A model generated the notes under the pieces. That model was given only the letters and a program-made list of their open reading frames with translations, was not told the DNA's origin and made no database searches. 64,000 bases of DNA, from IMG/VR virus record IMGVR_UViG_3300021958_009066, one strand, 5' to 3'. The translations under genes and the position numbers were made by a program. Source of the DNA: an uncultured virus (IMG/VR IMGVR_UViG_3300021958_009066) (lineage: Duplodnaviria > Heunggongvirae > Uroviricota > Caudoviricetes). This document shows positions 46,984 to 57,304 of the stretch, piece by piece (the first letter of the stretch is position 1; each line of letters opens with the position of its first letter).

Positions 46984-48663
46984 CTATTCCGATACCTTCT
47001 CTTTTTCGAAATTTGGGCGTTTGAACCTGTATGGTTTTACACCCATGATTTCGTTACTGTATGTTTCTTTACTTATAATATGCTTTACACTAACAATAAA
47101 ATATTGGCCTAATATTTTTTCATCAAATTCATTATTGAAATAAGGGTCTTTTCTATCTATACTGAAAAACCGGCCGGTACGACGGTGAGTGTCTCCTTTG
47201 ATTGATAGTGAGACCGCGTTATTTAAGAAAATTAAATTTTTATATAATTGATTCCTACCTTTTATGGCTCTTCTTTTTTGTTCATTATCTAATGTAAACA
47301 TATTGTTTAACAGTTTTTGTGACTTTTTACCTTTAGTCATTTGAAAATTTAACACAGGGTTAGGGTCTCCCATAAACTTACCATCTAGATATTGTTCTTG
47401 GAATTTTTCTGAAACTGTACGTATTTCGTTATTGTATACATCAATATTAAATTCGTGCGATGACATGTTGTAACTGTGCACCGCATATGTAGTTAAAAGT
47501 GATTGATTATCAATCCCGGCCAAATCTTCAAATTTCCAGCTATCTGGTTCAAGTTCCATGGACTCTCCCGGGATCATGTTTTTTCTAAACGTTTGACCTA
47601 TTTTAGGTATTGGTACTTTAATTGATTTAACTTTACTATTTAAATCTCCTAATTTTAGGTTTGGTGCTTTTGCTTTACCAAACAAAAAACCTAGTTTAGA
47701 TAAAAAACCCAACGGACCAGCATGTTGTGATATCTGGAATTTATCGTACTGATAGTCACCAGCTTCTTTACCTTTTAACGCTTTACTAAAATATTTAGAT
47801 ATTGAAATTAAGGTCCATTTTTTAATATATGTATCAAATTTTAAAATACAAAAGTCATTATCACTTTCATCTGTACTTACGTGGGAAGACATAAGAGCAT
47901 CTAAATCGTTTGTTCCTTTGTATTGAGATGGGCTACTATAGAAAATTTTTGAACCTCCTTTATCCCACAACTCATCATCAAACTCTGGTTTTTGATCTTC
48001 TAATGCTTGTTCAATAAAAGCTTTTATCGCATCACCGGTTTCGACTTCTCTATCAGTATTATTAACCTGTCTAATTTCTTTTTCAAACTGCTTTTCTTTT
48101 TTCTTCTTAACTAGAGCAGTACTAAAGTGCACATTTCGTTCTAACAACAATTGGTACCTAACATCCCAAAAATATAAAACCTTGAACTGTCTTTTACCTT
48201 CGTACTCTGTCTTTATATCGTAAATAGCGTAGTCATTTGATAGTTTGTATATATCCTCATCTGGTCGACTTTCCAAACCAGCGACTCTTGCTACCCATGT
48301 TTTTATAGTTTGTAAGTTTGGTGTTATGTTTATTGATAGTGTATCTCTACCATCCCCTCTGAGCTTGTATGTCTTAGATAGTCTCAGCGTTGACAATATC
48401 GCATCAGGTCCTAAACCTCTTTCTAAGTTATCTTCATCAGTTGATAATCTAATGTAACCTCTACTATACCATTGAAATAAATCATCTTCAATAACTAAAT
48501 CTTCAACACCGCTTTTGTTAAACAATTTTCTCTCTTTACCATTATCTATTGCCACTCCGAAAAAGTAATCTCTATTATCTATTGTAACAGAATTTTTCTT
48601 AGCGTGGTTGTCAACAAACTCGTTAAGTTCTTTATCGTTACCAAATAAGGGTATATTTATCAT
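46984..48663 (-). CDS. Baseplate hub protein (gp27/VgrG-like)
   Basis: L.IEDD...W..RG.I N-terminus; I.GD..R..GRF..I...G.YFI.SVKH C-terminus. Confidence 0.65.
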   Translation of the reverse strand: MINIPLFGNDKELNEFVDNHAKKNSVTIDNRDYFFGVAIDNGKERKLFNKSGVEDLVIEDDLFQWYSRGYIRLSTDEDNLERGLGPDAILSTLRLSKTYKLRGDGRDTLSINITPNLQTIKTWVARVAGLESRPDEDIYKLSNDYAIYDIKTEYEGKRQFKVLYFWDVRYQLLLERNVHFSTALVKKKKEKQFEKEIRQVNNTDREVETGDAIKAFIEQALEDQKPEFDDELWDKGGSKIFYSSPSQYKGTNDLDALMSSHVSTDESDNDFCILKFDTYIKKWTLISISKYFSKALKGKEAGDYQYDKFQISQHAGPLGFLSKLGFLFGKAKAPNLKLGDLNSKVKSIKVPIPKIGQTFRKNMIPGESMELEPDSWKFEDLAGIDNQSLLTTYAVHSYNMSSHEFNIDVYNNEIRTVSEKFQEQYLDGKFMGDPNPVLNFQMTKGKKSQKLLNNMFTLDNEQKRRAIKGRNQLYKNLIFLNNAVSLSIKGDTHRRTGRFFSIDRKDPYFNNEFDEKILGQYFIVSVKHIISKETYSNEIMGVKPYRFKRPNFEKEKVSE

Positions 48664-49043
48664 ACTCTAGGCTTTAAGTCAGATTCAATTTCCTGTAAAA
48701 CAGTTTGAAGTTTACCGGTTTTTATTACTTTAAGTTTTGTACCACCAGGAACAATCTGTAATGGGTCTTTGAAACTTGTTTTATTACAAGCGTATATTAA
48801 CCACCATAAATCAACGGTACCATACAAATGGTAGCTGATATTAGTCCAAGGTGAGTCCGTTTTGAGTGTTGTGTCAACAATTGCTTGAGGGTCAATTGCA
48901 TCCATGTCTATATCTACCCTACGTAATATGTTGTAAAACAATTTACTATCTTTCTGATATACACGAAAAATTTGTTCGTACCGGCCTGGGTTTAGTTGTT
49001 CCAACCCTTCAACATCATTTTGAAAACTCCCTAGTTGATCCAT
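48660..49043 (-). CDS. gp53: Baseplate wedge protein (gp53-like, LysM-like)
   Basis: ISY.LYGT.DLWWLI...N...P....GT.LK. Confidence 0.85.
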   Translation of the reverse strand: MDQLGSFQNDVEGLEQLNPGRYEQIFRVYQKDSKLFYNILRRVDIDMDAIDPQAIVDTTLKTDSPWTNISYHLYGTVDLWWLIYACNKTSFKDPLQIVPGGTKLKVIKTGKLQTVLQEIESDLKPRV

Positions 49044-49044
49044 A

Positions 49045-50280
49045 TTAATCCTCCTCGTCGTCCCCTAGTCCGGCAAAATTATCAGAGAATGGGTTCACAA
49101 AATCAATAGCAGCACTGATACCACTGTTGATCGCATCAAAGGTTGCTCCAGCTGCTTGTACTATAACATTATCAGAGTCTAGTTCTTCATCTAGGTTTTG
49201 ATCGATACTTGCTACTCCGGTGTTTATTTTTCTATTTACATTATGGTACATAAAATTTCTAGTATGAGCTACTAATTCTTGTACATTCAATGTTATTTCG
49301 TATGCCTCTGGCATAGTTACTCTTATATTTTTAAAATTATCTGGATCCTCAAACGGTAAAGCTATAGTCATTTCACGGCGTTGACCAATGAAATCAACTT
49401 TTACACTCGACATATATGCATAAGGTGTATATGATATACCAGGTACCGTTATTTCATACATACAAGGAGGTCTGATTGTTTGTTTACTGTTTCTGTTCGG
49501 TAAATTTTGGTACACTAACATGAACGCTAATTGAAAATTTCTTATCATGTCTTCATAATCACCTGTGTTATATAATGGAAATTTTATATCGTAGTTTCTA
49601 GCGCCTCTACCGTGCTGAAAAAACTGTGGTTGTTCAGTATAATAACCAGCACCACCACCTATAGCTTCTCTCAAACCACCGGCTAAGTCTCCGGCAACAC
49701 CGGCTAGGTCTACAGCTGCTCCAACACCTTTTGTCACTGCACCTATACCTTTTCCTAATTTGCTTTTACTTCCACCGGCTAATGTACTCGCTACACTACC
49801 TACACTTTTTAATGCTCCACCTAAAGCGTTGGACCCGTCGCCGAATTCGTGATTACCTGTCATTAAGTAGCTGCCTTGTAACTGTGGTATATCGTATATG
49901 AAGCCAGTATCATCGGTAATATACAAACCCGTGTAAGAGTCTAGAGGTTCATTATTTATCAACCCAAAATCAATATCTTCAAACTGACTCAAATAGTATG
50001 TACTTCTTGTTATCAATGAACTTGCACTTGGTGTCATTTCTTTGAGAATTATTCTCGGTACCTCGTCTCGTTGATCGTTCAACGTCCATGCAAAATCCTT
50101 TGCTACATTTATATATGTATAATTAGGTAAATCAGGTTCTATAGCTCTGCCTATACCCTCAACACCAAACTGTAGTAAGCTGGAACCGGTACCGAATGTA
50201 CCCATCAATTGAGGAGCCTCTTGTCCTTGACCACCTTGATCATCAAAAGTCCATAAATAACGTTTTTGTGGTATTGGCAT
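49045..50280 (-). CDS. Baseplate tail-tube cap/initiator (gp48-like)
   Basis: Gly-rich insert; R.Y.IKFPL, PP..Y.I, V.VDF, PE.YEITL..QEL tube-fold pattern. Confidence 0.6.
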   Translation of the reverse strand: MPIPQKRYLWTFDDQGGQGQEAPQLMGTFGTGSSLLQFGVEGIGRAIEPDLPNYTYINVAKDFAWTLNDQRDEVPRIILKEMTPSASSLITRSTYYLSQFEDIDFGLINNEPLDSYTGLYITDDTGFIYDIPQLQGSYLMTGNHEFGDGSNALGGALKSVGSVASTLAGGSKSKLGKGIGAVTKGVGAAVDLAGVAGDLAGGLREAIGGGAGYYTEQPQFFQHGRGARNYDIKFPLYNTGDYEDMIRNFQLAFMLVYQNLPNRNSKQTIRPPCMYEITVPGISYTPYAYMSSVKVDFIGQRREMTIALPFEDPDNFKNIRVTMPEAYEITLNVQELVAHTRNFMYHNVNRKINTGVASIDQNLDEELDSDNVIVQAAGATFDAINSGISAAIDFVNPFSDNFAGLGDDEED

Positions 50281-50319
50281 TTAAATATTTAATCTTTAAT
50301 GTTATTTTTCAAAATTGAT

Positions 50320-53300
50320 TCAACTATACATTGAATAATGCCCAGGTTTGTGCTGTTCATCGATATATTGACTTCTCCACTTACTCACAACATCGGTATC
50401 AAATCTGTTTATTGTTGTTGTGTTGTTACTAGTGCTACTATTCGTTATCACAGCAGTACCACCGGGGGCAGAACTGTTTTGTTCTTGTTGTTTTTCTTCT
50501 CGTTCTTTTTTGTCGTCTAGTAGCCTATCCATAAAACCTTTTGTCTTTTCACCTACTGCCGCGGTGGCTGCTAATGCGTTAGTACCGGTTTTCTGTGCTA
50601 ATGGTATAGTATTTTGTATAAAATTAGATGATCTATCCTTTGTAGATGATGCTACATTGTTTGTTGTTTCTTTTATTCTATTTGTAGCAGTACTAGCAGT
50701 GTCTTTTATTTTTTCTAGTATAGAAGTAGATTTAGTACTGTCATTTGTACTTTTAATATTGTTAGTTTTCTGTGATATGTTTGATATTTTTTCTTTAATA
50801 TTACCTAGTATACCGGTTGGCTTGTTTTCAGGTACAGACTGAGTTGTTGCAGGTGTTGTAATCTTATCAATTGTTTGTTTTATAGTTTGTGATTTTTCTT
50901 TCATCACACCTGGTAATGATCGCGCGGTTGCGGTAACGCTACCAGCAGCTTTAGCTGCTGCAGTCTTGCTGGCGGACAACATACTAGGAGTTTTTTCTAC
51001 AACTTCTGCAGCTTTTTGTTTAGCCTTACCAGCAAAGGATAAACCTAGATCGGCTGCTTGACTAGCAAAATATTTTCCTTTGTCTAATGCTGCAGCACTG
51101 GTTGTTTTTGCACCGCTAGCCAATCGCTTGGTACCAGCGACTACCTTTTCACTAGTCTCGCTGTTTGAAGCTTCGGTTATTTTTTGTTTTGCCTTGCCTA
51201 ATAATGTTTTTCCACTTTGAGCTGCTGTTACTCCGATCTTTTTGGTCGTTTCAAGAGCAGTTTTTGCTGTTGCACCAGGTTCTAACTCATCGGCTTTTTG
51301 TTTAGCTTTATCAGCTAAACCCATACCCAGGTCAGCTGCTTGACTAGCGAAATATTTTCCTTTGTCTAGTGCTTTTGTACCAGTGGCTTTCGCGCCGGTA
51401 GATATCTTACTTAAAAGACCTTGTGATTTTGCTGGCTTTACTGATACACTGCCAGGTGTTTCTTCCTTTTTCCGGAATAATTTAACTAATGGGTGTTCAG
51501 TGAACAAGCTTTTTGCACCACTAGCTATTTTACCTAAGAAACTTTTAGGTTTAGCTGGTTCAATTGGTTTTTTAGGTACAGAAGCTATCGCGGTGCTATC
51601 TAAATTGTCGTTCTTATCTTGAGCGGTTGATAATGTATTGCCTGATGGTTGTACGGCTTTACTAATTAATGTATTGTTATCAACAGATGGTTCAATCTCG
51701 GTTGTTTTTGTATCTGTTTCTTTATCTTTACCTGTAAGTAACTGTTTAGACTTGTCTATTATATTTTTCCCGGTTGTAGATACTTTACCTATAATCGATG
51801 ATGGGTATACATTACTAGCTGTCTGAGATATTTTACCGGCTAAAGTCTGAGGCTCTATAGATGGTGATGGTTCTATTGTAGTTTTCTGTTCTGATCCGGT
51901 TAAATCTGTTTGCTTCTCTTGTACTGTACTAGAGGTTTCAATAGTTTCTGTATCCGGTACAATTTTAACAAATACAGGTGTAGATTCTGTTTGACCTATA
52001 CTATTACCTTGTTCCGTGGTGGGTGTTTTTTGCTCAGTAGTAGTAGGTACTGCCGGAGGTGGTTGAGTTATAGCTGTTGCTTGACCTAGTTGTGTTGAGT
52101 TTACTTTAGGTGCTGGTGGGTTTGGCTGTGGTGCAGTTGCAGTAGTACTCGCTAAGGCAGCACCAGCAGCAACTGTACCAGCGACAGCTGTGCTACTTGT
52201 TGGTTTTGATACTACATTGTTACTAAGTGGTTTACCAGTAGAAGGGGAACTAGTTAAAGATGTTTTGTTGTTAGCAACTATTGGTGCACCGGTAGATGTT
52301 TTGTTTTTACTTGCAGATACGGTACCAGTTGTTATTGAACTTACAGCAGCCGGGGCAGATTGTGCGAGCGGTGTACTGGAGTTACCAGCTTCTATATCTG
52401 TTGGTGTTACTGTAGTTTTATTATCTGGTATTGCTACTTTTGCTAGGTTAGAGGTATCGACTGGTTTTATTTCTTTTTCTAAAGCTTGTGGGTCAGTCTC
52501 ACTTGTTTCCGGGGTAGATTCTTGCTCGTCTTGAACACTTCCTTTTTCGTAATCAATATTGAGTATACTACCAGCAACACCACCCATTTTTGAGTCTATA
52601 CCTTCTACATTGTTCATCAACGCATCTGCGGCCATTCGACCGATAAAATCTCCACCCATATATGCTAATGGTGTTATAATCAAACCTAAACCTGGTACAA
52701 CATTGAGAGCTTGTGCACCTACACCGGCAATTGCGCCGCCCATCAACCCACCTACGGATCTACCAATGATACTACCAACTTGTTTTTGTTTTTCCTTCCC
52801 GGTCAGTTGCGGATTAGATAGTACATCCTTTGCTTCTAGTGTTGCAAATACAGCTTCTAAAGCGGTACCTATAACCGGTACTTTGAATACTGTTTTAAGC
52901 ACCTTCCCGGCTGAACCAGAAATTGCATTTTTTGCTTTTGATATTAATTTTGTTGGTGAAAGATTTGTTATACCCTTTTTCACAGAACTTACTGCTTTAC
53001 TCGCCTTACTTACAACACTGCTTCCCATTTTTTTAGTTTTATCCCATAGACCACCAAAAAATCCTTTGGTTGGTTTAGGTGCAGCAGCCGGTGCTGATGG
53101 TTTAGGTGCAGCAGCCGGTGCTGGTGCAGATGGTTTAGGTGCAGCAGCTGCAGCAGCTGGTTTAGGTGCAGCAGCCGGTGCAGATGGTTTAGGTGCAGCA
53201 GCCGGTGCAGATGGTTTAGGTGCAGCAGCCGGTGATGGGGCTGATGGTTTAGGTGCAGCAGCCGGTGATGGGGCTGATGGTTTAGGTGCTGGTTTAACAG

Positions 53301-55545
53301 CATCTGGTTTACTTAAAGGACTTTTAGGTTTTTGGTCACCGAAAACTTGTTTGTATTGGTCCGAACCAGGTTCTAGCATTCCGCCTTGACCAAGCCCAAA
53401 TCCTGGTAACCCTCTACTAACAAGTTTTAACGCCTTGCTACCGATACCCACGGGCTTAGGAGGTTTTACTGTTGATTTAGGTGTCGGTTTTGTGGTTGTT
53501 TTTGGTGCGTCTAATGCTTTAGGTGCCGGTGCTTTAGGTGTTTTATCACCACCTACCATTTTACTGATTCCTACACCTGCAGCTATTGCACCACCTGTTT
53601 TGAGAATACCGGGAAGCATTCTTCCTGGGCGGAAACCCTTGAGTTTTGACATACTACGTTTGAGGAACCCTCCACGAGGTTTTGTATTAACACGTTTAGG
53701 TGCTTTAGTGCTTTTATTACTAGACCCGCCCCCGAAACCAAAAAAGCTTCCTAGAGTATCAAGTATACCTCCTCCAGAATCTTCTTCAGCTGGTTGTACT
53801 TGTTGAGAACTAGATGTACCGGTTGTTGTTACGTTTTTATTTTGCCCGGATAATACCTCTGCTAGTTCGTCGGCAAGTTCTTTAAAATTTACTATCTTTA
53901 CTTCATCAGGTCCTATTTTTTTAGCTTGTCGCTGAGTCGCTCCATCAACCGGGGTAGTCTCAGTATCATTACCTCCTTCAGTTGATTTGTTTTGATTAGG
54001 AAAATTAACAATTTTATTATTTTCTATATTTTTTACAAAAGTTTCACTCTGATTTTTTATTTCACTTACCCCTTTGTTAATATTTTCTCCCGCGGTTTGT
54101 ATATATTCTGCTGCATGGGGGCTGTTGGGTTTAGGGAACTGAGGGGTTACTGCATCTTTTATTTTTTGAGAACCTTGATTTATTACATCTCCAGATTCAG
54201 TAATATTATTAACAGTTTCGTTATTTTGCGTCTGTGTATTATTATATTCGTCTTGAGTGCTTTCCTGGTCAGTGTCTCCTTTAGTACCTGAGCGTTGTTC
54301 ATTAGTTTTCTCACCTGTTTCGTAGACTTGCATACCTGCGGAAACAGATCCTTTTATAGCGTCTGAGAAATTTCCGGATTTTAAAGCTTTGAAACTATCT
54401 ACAAGTTTAGATAATGGAGTGTCTAGCTCTCGTTGTTCTCTCCATGCATCTCCTACTTCTCTAGCCGATGCTTGAGCGAGACCTTCTTTACCGGTTGGTT
54501 CTTCTCCTAATCTACCGGTTCTCCATCCTTCTTTAATAGATTGTAAGGTGGATTGACCCTTTTCTCTTATTGTTTCCTTTGTTTGTTTTAAGTTCTCTTT
54601 AGTCTGGTTCATAACCGACTGCAAAAGGGTTTCTCCCATGTTTTCCTGTCGGTTTTGAATATTTTTAACGTTTGTATTTACCTTGTTTATCAGTTTTGAG
54701 AGTAGTGAAGTTTTTTCAACTTCAACTGTAGTTTCTCTACCAGTATCAGTATTAGGTTCTGAGGTTTGTTGAGTCGGTGGTGGTGTTTGTTGAGTAGTTT
54801 TAATCGATTCTACATTTGCGGTATCACTTGAAGTTTCTGATATATCTTCTGAATTAGTAGTGTTTGAGTTAGTTGTTTCTGAATTAGTAGTGTTTGAGTT
54901 AGTTGTTTCTGAGTCGGTGGTTTCTGAGTTAGCGGTATTTGTTGTATTTGTCGGGTTGGTGATGTTTGTTGTCGTATTTGTTGTTTGGCTTATTATATTA
55001 TTATCATTGTTTGTTGGTAACATCTGTTGCTCTTGTTGCGCTTCTTCTTGTTTACCAGCTGGTGTTTTTTCGTCACTTGCGAGCTCCGCGGCTGCTGCTT
55101 CTATAGTAGTAGGTTCGGTTAGTTGTGATTCCTTTTCTGGTGTAGGTGTGTTTACTCCTCGATCTGGGGTTTTAGTTTCTCTATTGTCATTATTTTGTAA
55201 GTAATCAGTAGCGTCTATAACGTTTTCCGGTGCAGGTTCAACTGCTACCGGTGGGGCAATAGAGTCTTGTATATTAACTTGTTTTACACTTTCAGGTTTT
55301 ATGTTAACTTGTCCTGAAGTACCTATACTAGCGGGTTGTCGTGAATCTCCAGAACCTTCTTGCGTTTCACCTGGAGATATGAGTTTTTCTAACTGTATAC
55401 TTTTAAGCTTAGTTAAACCTCTGTTGAATTCATTTATTGTACGTGTAGTACTACTAACACTATCTGCTAATTCAGATAACGGTTTCCGGAGTAAGTTAAA
55501 ATCCGGGAGTGTATTAGATTGGTTTTGTGTTTTATCGTCAGGCAT
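50320..55545 (-). CDS. Tape-measure/hub (gp29-like) low-complexity protein
   Basis: 1741 aa between gp26-like and gp48-like genes; central Gly/Ala hydrophobic segment (GGLMGGAIAGVG); VITNSSTSNNT C-terminus. Confidence 0.6.
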   Translation of the reverse strand: MPDDKTQNQSNTLPDFNLLRKPLSELADSVSSTTRTINEFNRGLTKLKSIQLEKLISPGETQEGSGDSRQPASIGTSGQVNIKPESVKQVNIQDSIAPPVAVEPAPENVIDATDYLQNNDNRETKTPDRGVNTPTPEKESQLTEPTTIEAAAAELASDEKTPAGKQEEAQQEQQMLPTNNDNNIISQTTNTTTNITNPTNTTNTANSETTDSETTNSNTTNSETTNSNTTNSEDISETSSDTANVESIKTTQQTPPPTQQTSEPNTDTGRETTVEVEKTSLLSKLINKVNTNVKNIQNRQENMGETLLQSVMNQTKENLKQTKETIREKGQSTLQSIKEGWRTGRLGEEPTGKEGLAQASAREVGDAWREQRELDTPLSKLVDSFKALKSGNFSDAIKGSVSAGMQVYETGEKTNEQRSGTKGDTDQESTQDEYNNTQTQNNETVNNITESGDVINQGSQKIKDAVTPQFPKPNSPHAAEYIQTAGENINKGVSEIKNQSETFVKNIENNKIVNFPNQNKSTEGGNDTETTPVDGATQRQAKKIGPDEVKIVNFKELADELAEVLSGQNKNVTTTGTSSSQQVQPAEEDSGGGILDTLGSFFGFGGGSSNKSTKAPKRVNTKPRGGFLKRSMSKLKGFRPGRMLPGILKTGGAIAAGVGISKMVGGDKTPKAPAPKALDAPKTTTKPTPKSTVKPPKPVGIGSKALKLVSRGLPGFGLGQGGMLEPGSDQYKQVFGDQKPKSPLSKPDAVKPAPKPSAPSPAAAPKPSAPSPAAAPKPSAPAAAPKPSAPAAAPKPAAAAAAPKPSAPAPAAAPKPSAPAAAPKPTKGFFGGLWDKTKKMGSSVVSKASKAVSSVKKGITNLSPTKLISKAKNAISGSAGKVLKTVFKVPVIGTALEAVFATLEAKDVLSNPQLTGKEKQKQVGSIIGRSVGGLMGGAIAGVGAQALNVVPGLGLIITPLAYMGGDFIGRMAADALMNNVEGIDSKMGGVAGSILNIDYEKGSVQDEQESTPETSETDPQALEKEIKPVDTSNLAKVAIPDNKTTVTPTDIEAGNSSTPLAQSAPAAVSSITTGTVSASKNKTSTGAPIVANNKTSLTSSPSTGKPLSNNVVSKPTSSTAVAGTVAAGAALASTTATAPQPNPPAPKVNSTQLGQATAITQPPPAVPTTTEQKTPTTEQGNSIGQTESTPVFVKIVPDTETIETSSTVQEKQTDLTGSEQKTTIEPSPSIEPQTLAGKISQTASNVYPSSIIGKVSTTGKNIIDKSKQLLTGKDKETDTKTTEIEPSVDNNTLISKAVQPSGNTLSTAQDKNDNLDSTAIASVPKKPIEPAKPKSFLGKIASGAKSLFTEHPLVKLFRKKEETPGSVSVKPAKSQGLLSKISTGAKATGTKALDKGKYFASQAADLGMGLADKAKQKADELEPGATAKTALETTKKIGVTAAQSGKTLLGKAKQKITEASNSETSEKVVAGTKRLASGAKTTSAAALDKGKYFASQAADLGLSFAGKAKQKAAEVVEKTPSMLSASKTAAAKAAGSVTATARSLPGVMKEKSQTIKQTIDKITTPATTQSVPENKPTGILGNIKEKISNISQKTNNIKSTNDSTKSTSILEKIKDTASTATNRIKETTNNVASSTKDRSSNFIQNTIPLAQKTGTNALAATAAVGEKTKGFMDRLLDDKKEREEKQQEQNSSAPGGTAVITNSSTSNNTTTINRFDTDVVSKWRSQYIDEQHKPGHYSMYS
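53071..53290 (-). repeat. Imperfect tandem repeat encoding (APKPSAP[SP]AA)n
   Basis: About 8 copies of GGTTTAGGTGC(A/T) on the plus strand, spaced 24-33 nt. Confidence 0.9.
54846..54930 (-). repeat. 15/30-nt repeats encoding SETTNSNTTN
   Basis: TCTGAATTAGTAGTGTTTGAGTTAGTTGTT twice plus degenerate copies. Confidence 0.8.
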
Positions 55546-55576
55546 AAACTCTAATAATATTTATGCCGCGGTTAGG

Positions 55577-56389
55577 TTATGTAAAGAATGCTGAGTTGAG
55601 TGTTATTGTAGCAACATCATCACCTACAGGTATATCTAGTAAGTTTGACTCGATTGCTTGTACTTTGTCTGAAATAGTTACTAGTTTGTTCAAAACAGTT
55701 AAAGGTATCTGGTCAATAACTTGTAATCTTTGAGGAGCAGTCATGCCTCCCATAGGGACCTCTACCGGTGGTTCATCAGGATTATCTCCTTCTGAGACCA
55801 TATGTACTGACATTATATATTTTGCAGCTTCGTGTATATACACATCTGCCAATATATCACGGAGTGTTTCAGGATCATCCGGTGTATCCTTATATTTCTC
55901 AAATAAATGGTCGTTCATTATTTTATCTACTCTAATGGTAGGTACACTTACCTTTACATGAAACCCGTCTGCTACTATTGTATCTTGTTCAAATACATCC
56001 CCGTAGTCTGTTGTTCTTACAGACTGGCATATTTTGTTCAAATCCACAGGGTAATATTCTTCTCCTACGTAAAAACCATAATCATCGCTTATGTCAACAG
56101 CTCTATAAGATAAACCTATGCTAATTAAATCTATTGTAGTTAGTTGATTTACTTTCACAGTATTATCACTGATATTTTGCTTAATAATATCAAACATGTT
56201 CCTCGAGAAGTCTAATTTTAATAAATTCTCCCGTACAGAACTTTTTATTAAAGTTTTTTGCTGATTTAATGTTAAGTGCTTGAAATCTACACCTTTTTTC
56301 AAAGATGGTATCCAAATTGTTATAGTTCTAGTGGAATTTTTTTCCTTAATCTTACCTAACAATTCATTAAACTGATTATTGTCTGTCAT
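55577..56389 (-). CDS. Baseplate hub assembly protein (gp26-like paralog)
   Basis: I.IPS..K.V.FK.LT..QQK.L, L..ID...I...YR, V..PT. Confidence 0.65.
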   Translation of the reverse strand: MTDNNQFNELLGKIKEKNSTRTITIWIPSLKKGVDFKHLTLNQQKTLIKSSVRENLLKLDFSRNMFDIIKQNISDNTVKVNQLTTIDLISIGLSYRAVDISDDYGFYVGEEYYPVDLNKICQSVRTTDYGDVFEQDTIVADGFHVKVSVPTIRVDKIMNDHLFEKYKDTPDDPETLRDILADVYIHEAAKYIMSVHMVSEGDNPDEPPVEVPMGGMTAPQRLQVIDQIPLTVLNKLVTISDKVQAIESNLLDIPVGDDVATITLNSAFFT

Positions 56390-56426
56390 ATAATTATGTA
56401 TTCTTATGATATTGTTTTATCAAGTC

Positions 56427-57296
56427 CTATCTACTCGGAACCTGTCTAGCTGCTTGAGCTGCTTGATTTTGAGCATTTAATGCTGCTTTTTCTTTCTCGT
56501 TCATTTCCTTTATAAACATCTGATAATATAGTTGTGTGTCAGACGGGGTTAGTTTCATTGCGTCGGATAATGTAAAGTTCATTACTTTAACAAATACATA
56601 CATCAATTCAATAAAATTATTAAGTGTATCAGAAAAAACAACTCTCAATATATGTATATATTGATCATGGATAAGTGTAATATTTTCTCCCTCTGGTACT
56701 CGGAGGAAAACCATTTTGCTTATACTATTCGAAATCTCATCAATACCATTTGTAACTTTTAACTGTATATCTCTAGGAAAATTTTCAATTATTTCTGCTT
56801 TTTGTGTTTTTGACAGACTACCAATATCATATTGTGTACCATCTATGTTGATTTCTGTTATGTAATCATGATCTTCCAATGGGCCCCATGTTGTTGGGTA
56901 GTGAAGCTTTATTTCTATATTAGAACGGTCATCAAGTATAATTTTTGGTTGTAAGTAGTGTTCATTTATACTTTTTTGTACATCAATCAAAGATATTTTA
57001 TATTTTTTAGATTCACCTGTATCAGGGTCTTGTGAAACAACATCTAATTTTGTGCCTATACACAATGATCTTAGACGGATCATTAAAAATAACTGATCTA
57101 TTACAGGTAAATCTTTTATAACCACATTCTCGTCTAATATCAATTGCTGTAACATATCTTGCATGAATAATACTAGACCTTTACCGTCTTTACCCATACA
57201 GTACTTGATAATAATTTCTTGATGTTTATTTGTTATAGGGTCAAATCTATAATTTTTTTCGTGCGATATTATAGGCGCGGTTAATGTCCAATTCAT
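56427..57296 (-). CDS. Baseplate hub assembly protein, gp26-like with gp51-like C-terminus
   Basis: LP.ID..FL.IRLRS..IG (gp26-like), then MNFTLSD..KLTPSD..LY (gp51-like). Confidence 0.65.
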   Translation of the reverse strand: MNWTLTAPIISHEKNYRFDPITNKHQEIIIKYCMGKDGKGLVLFMQDMLQQLILDENVVIKDLPVIDQLFLMIRLRSLCIGTKLDVVSQDPDTGESKKYKISLIDVQKSINEHYLQPKIILDDRSNIEIKLHYPTTWGPLEDHDYITEINIDGTQYDIGSLSKTQKAEIIENFPRDIQLKVTNGIDEISNSISKMVFLRVPEGENITLIHDQYIHILRVVFSDTLNNFIELMYVFVKVMNFTLSDAMKLTPSDTQLYYQMFIKEMNEKEKAALNAQNQAAQAARQVPSR

Positions 57297-57304
57297 ATAA
57301 GAAT

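Noticed and set aside
53071..53290. Repeat array that could be mistaken for CRISPR
   Set aside because: In-frame coding repeats without unique spacers; no cas genes.
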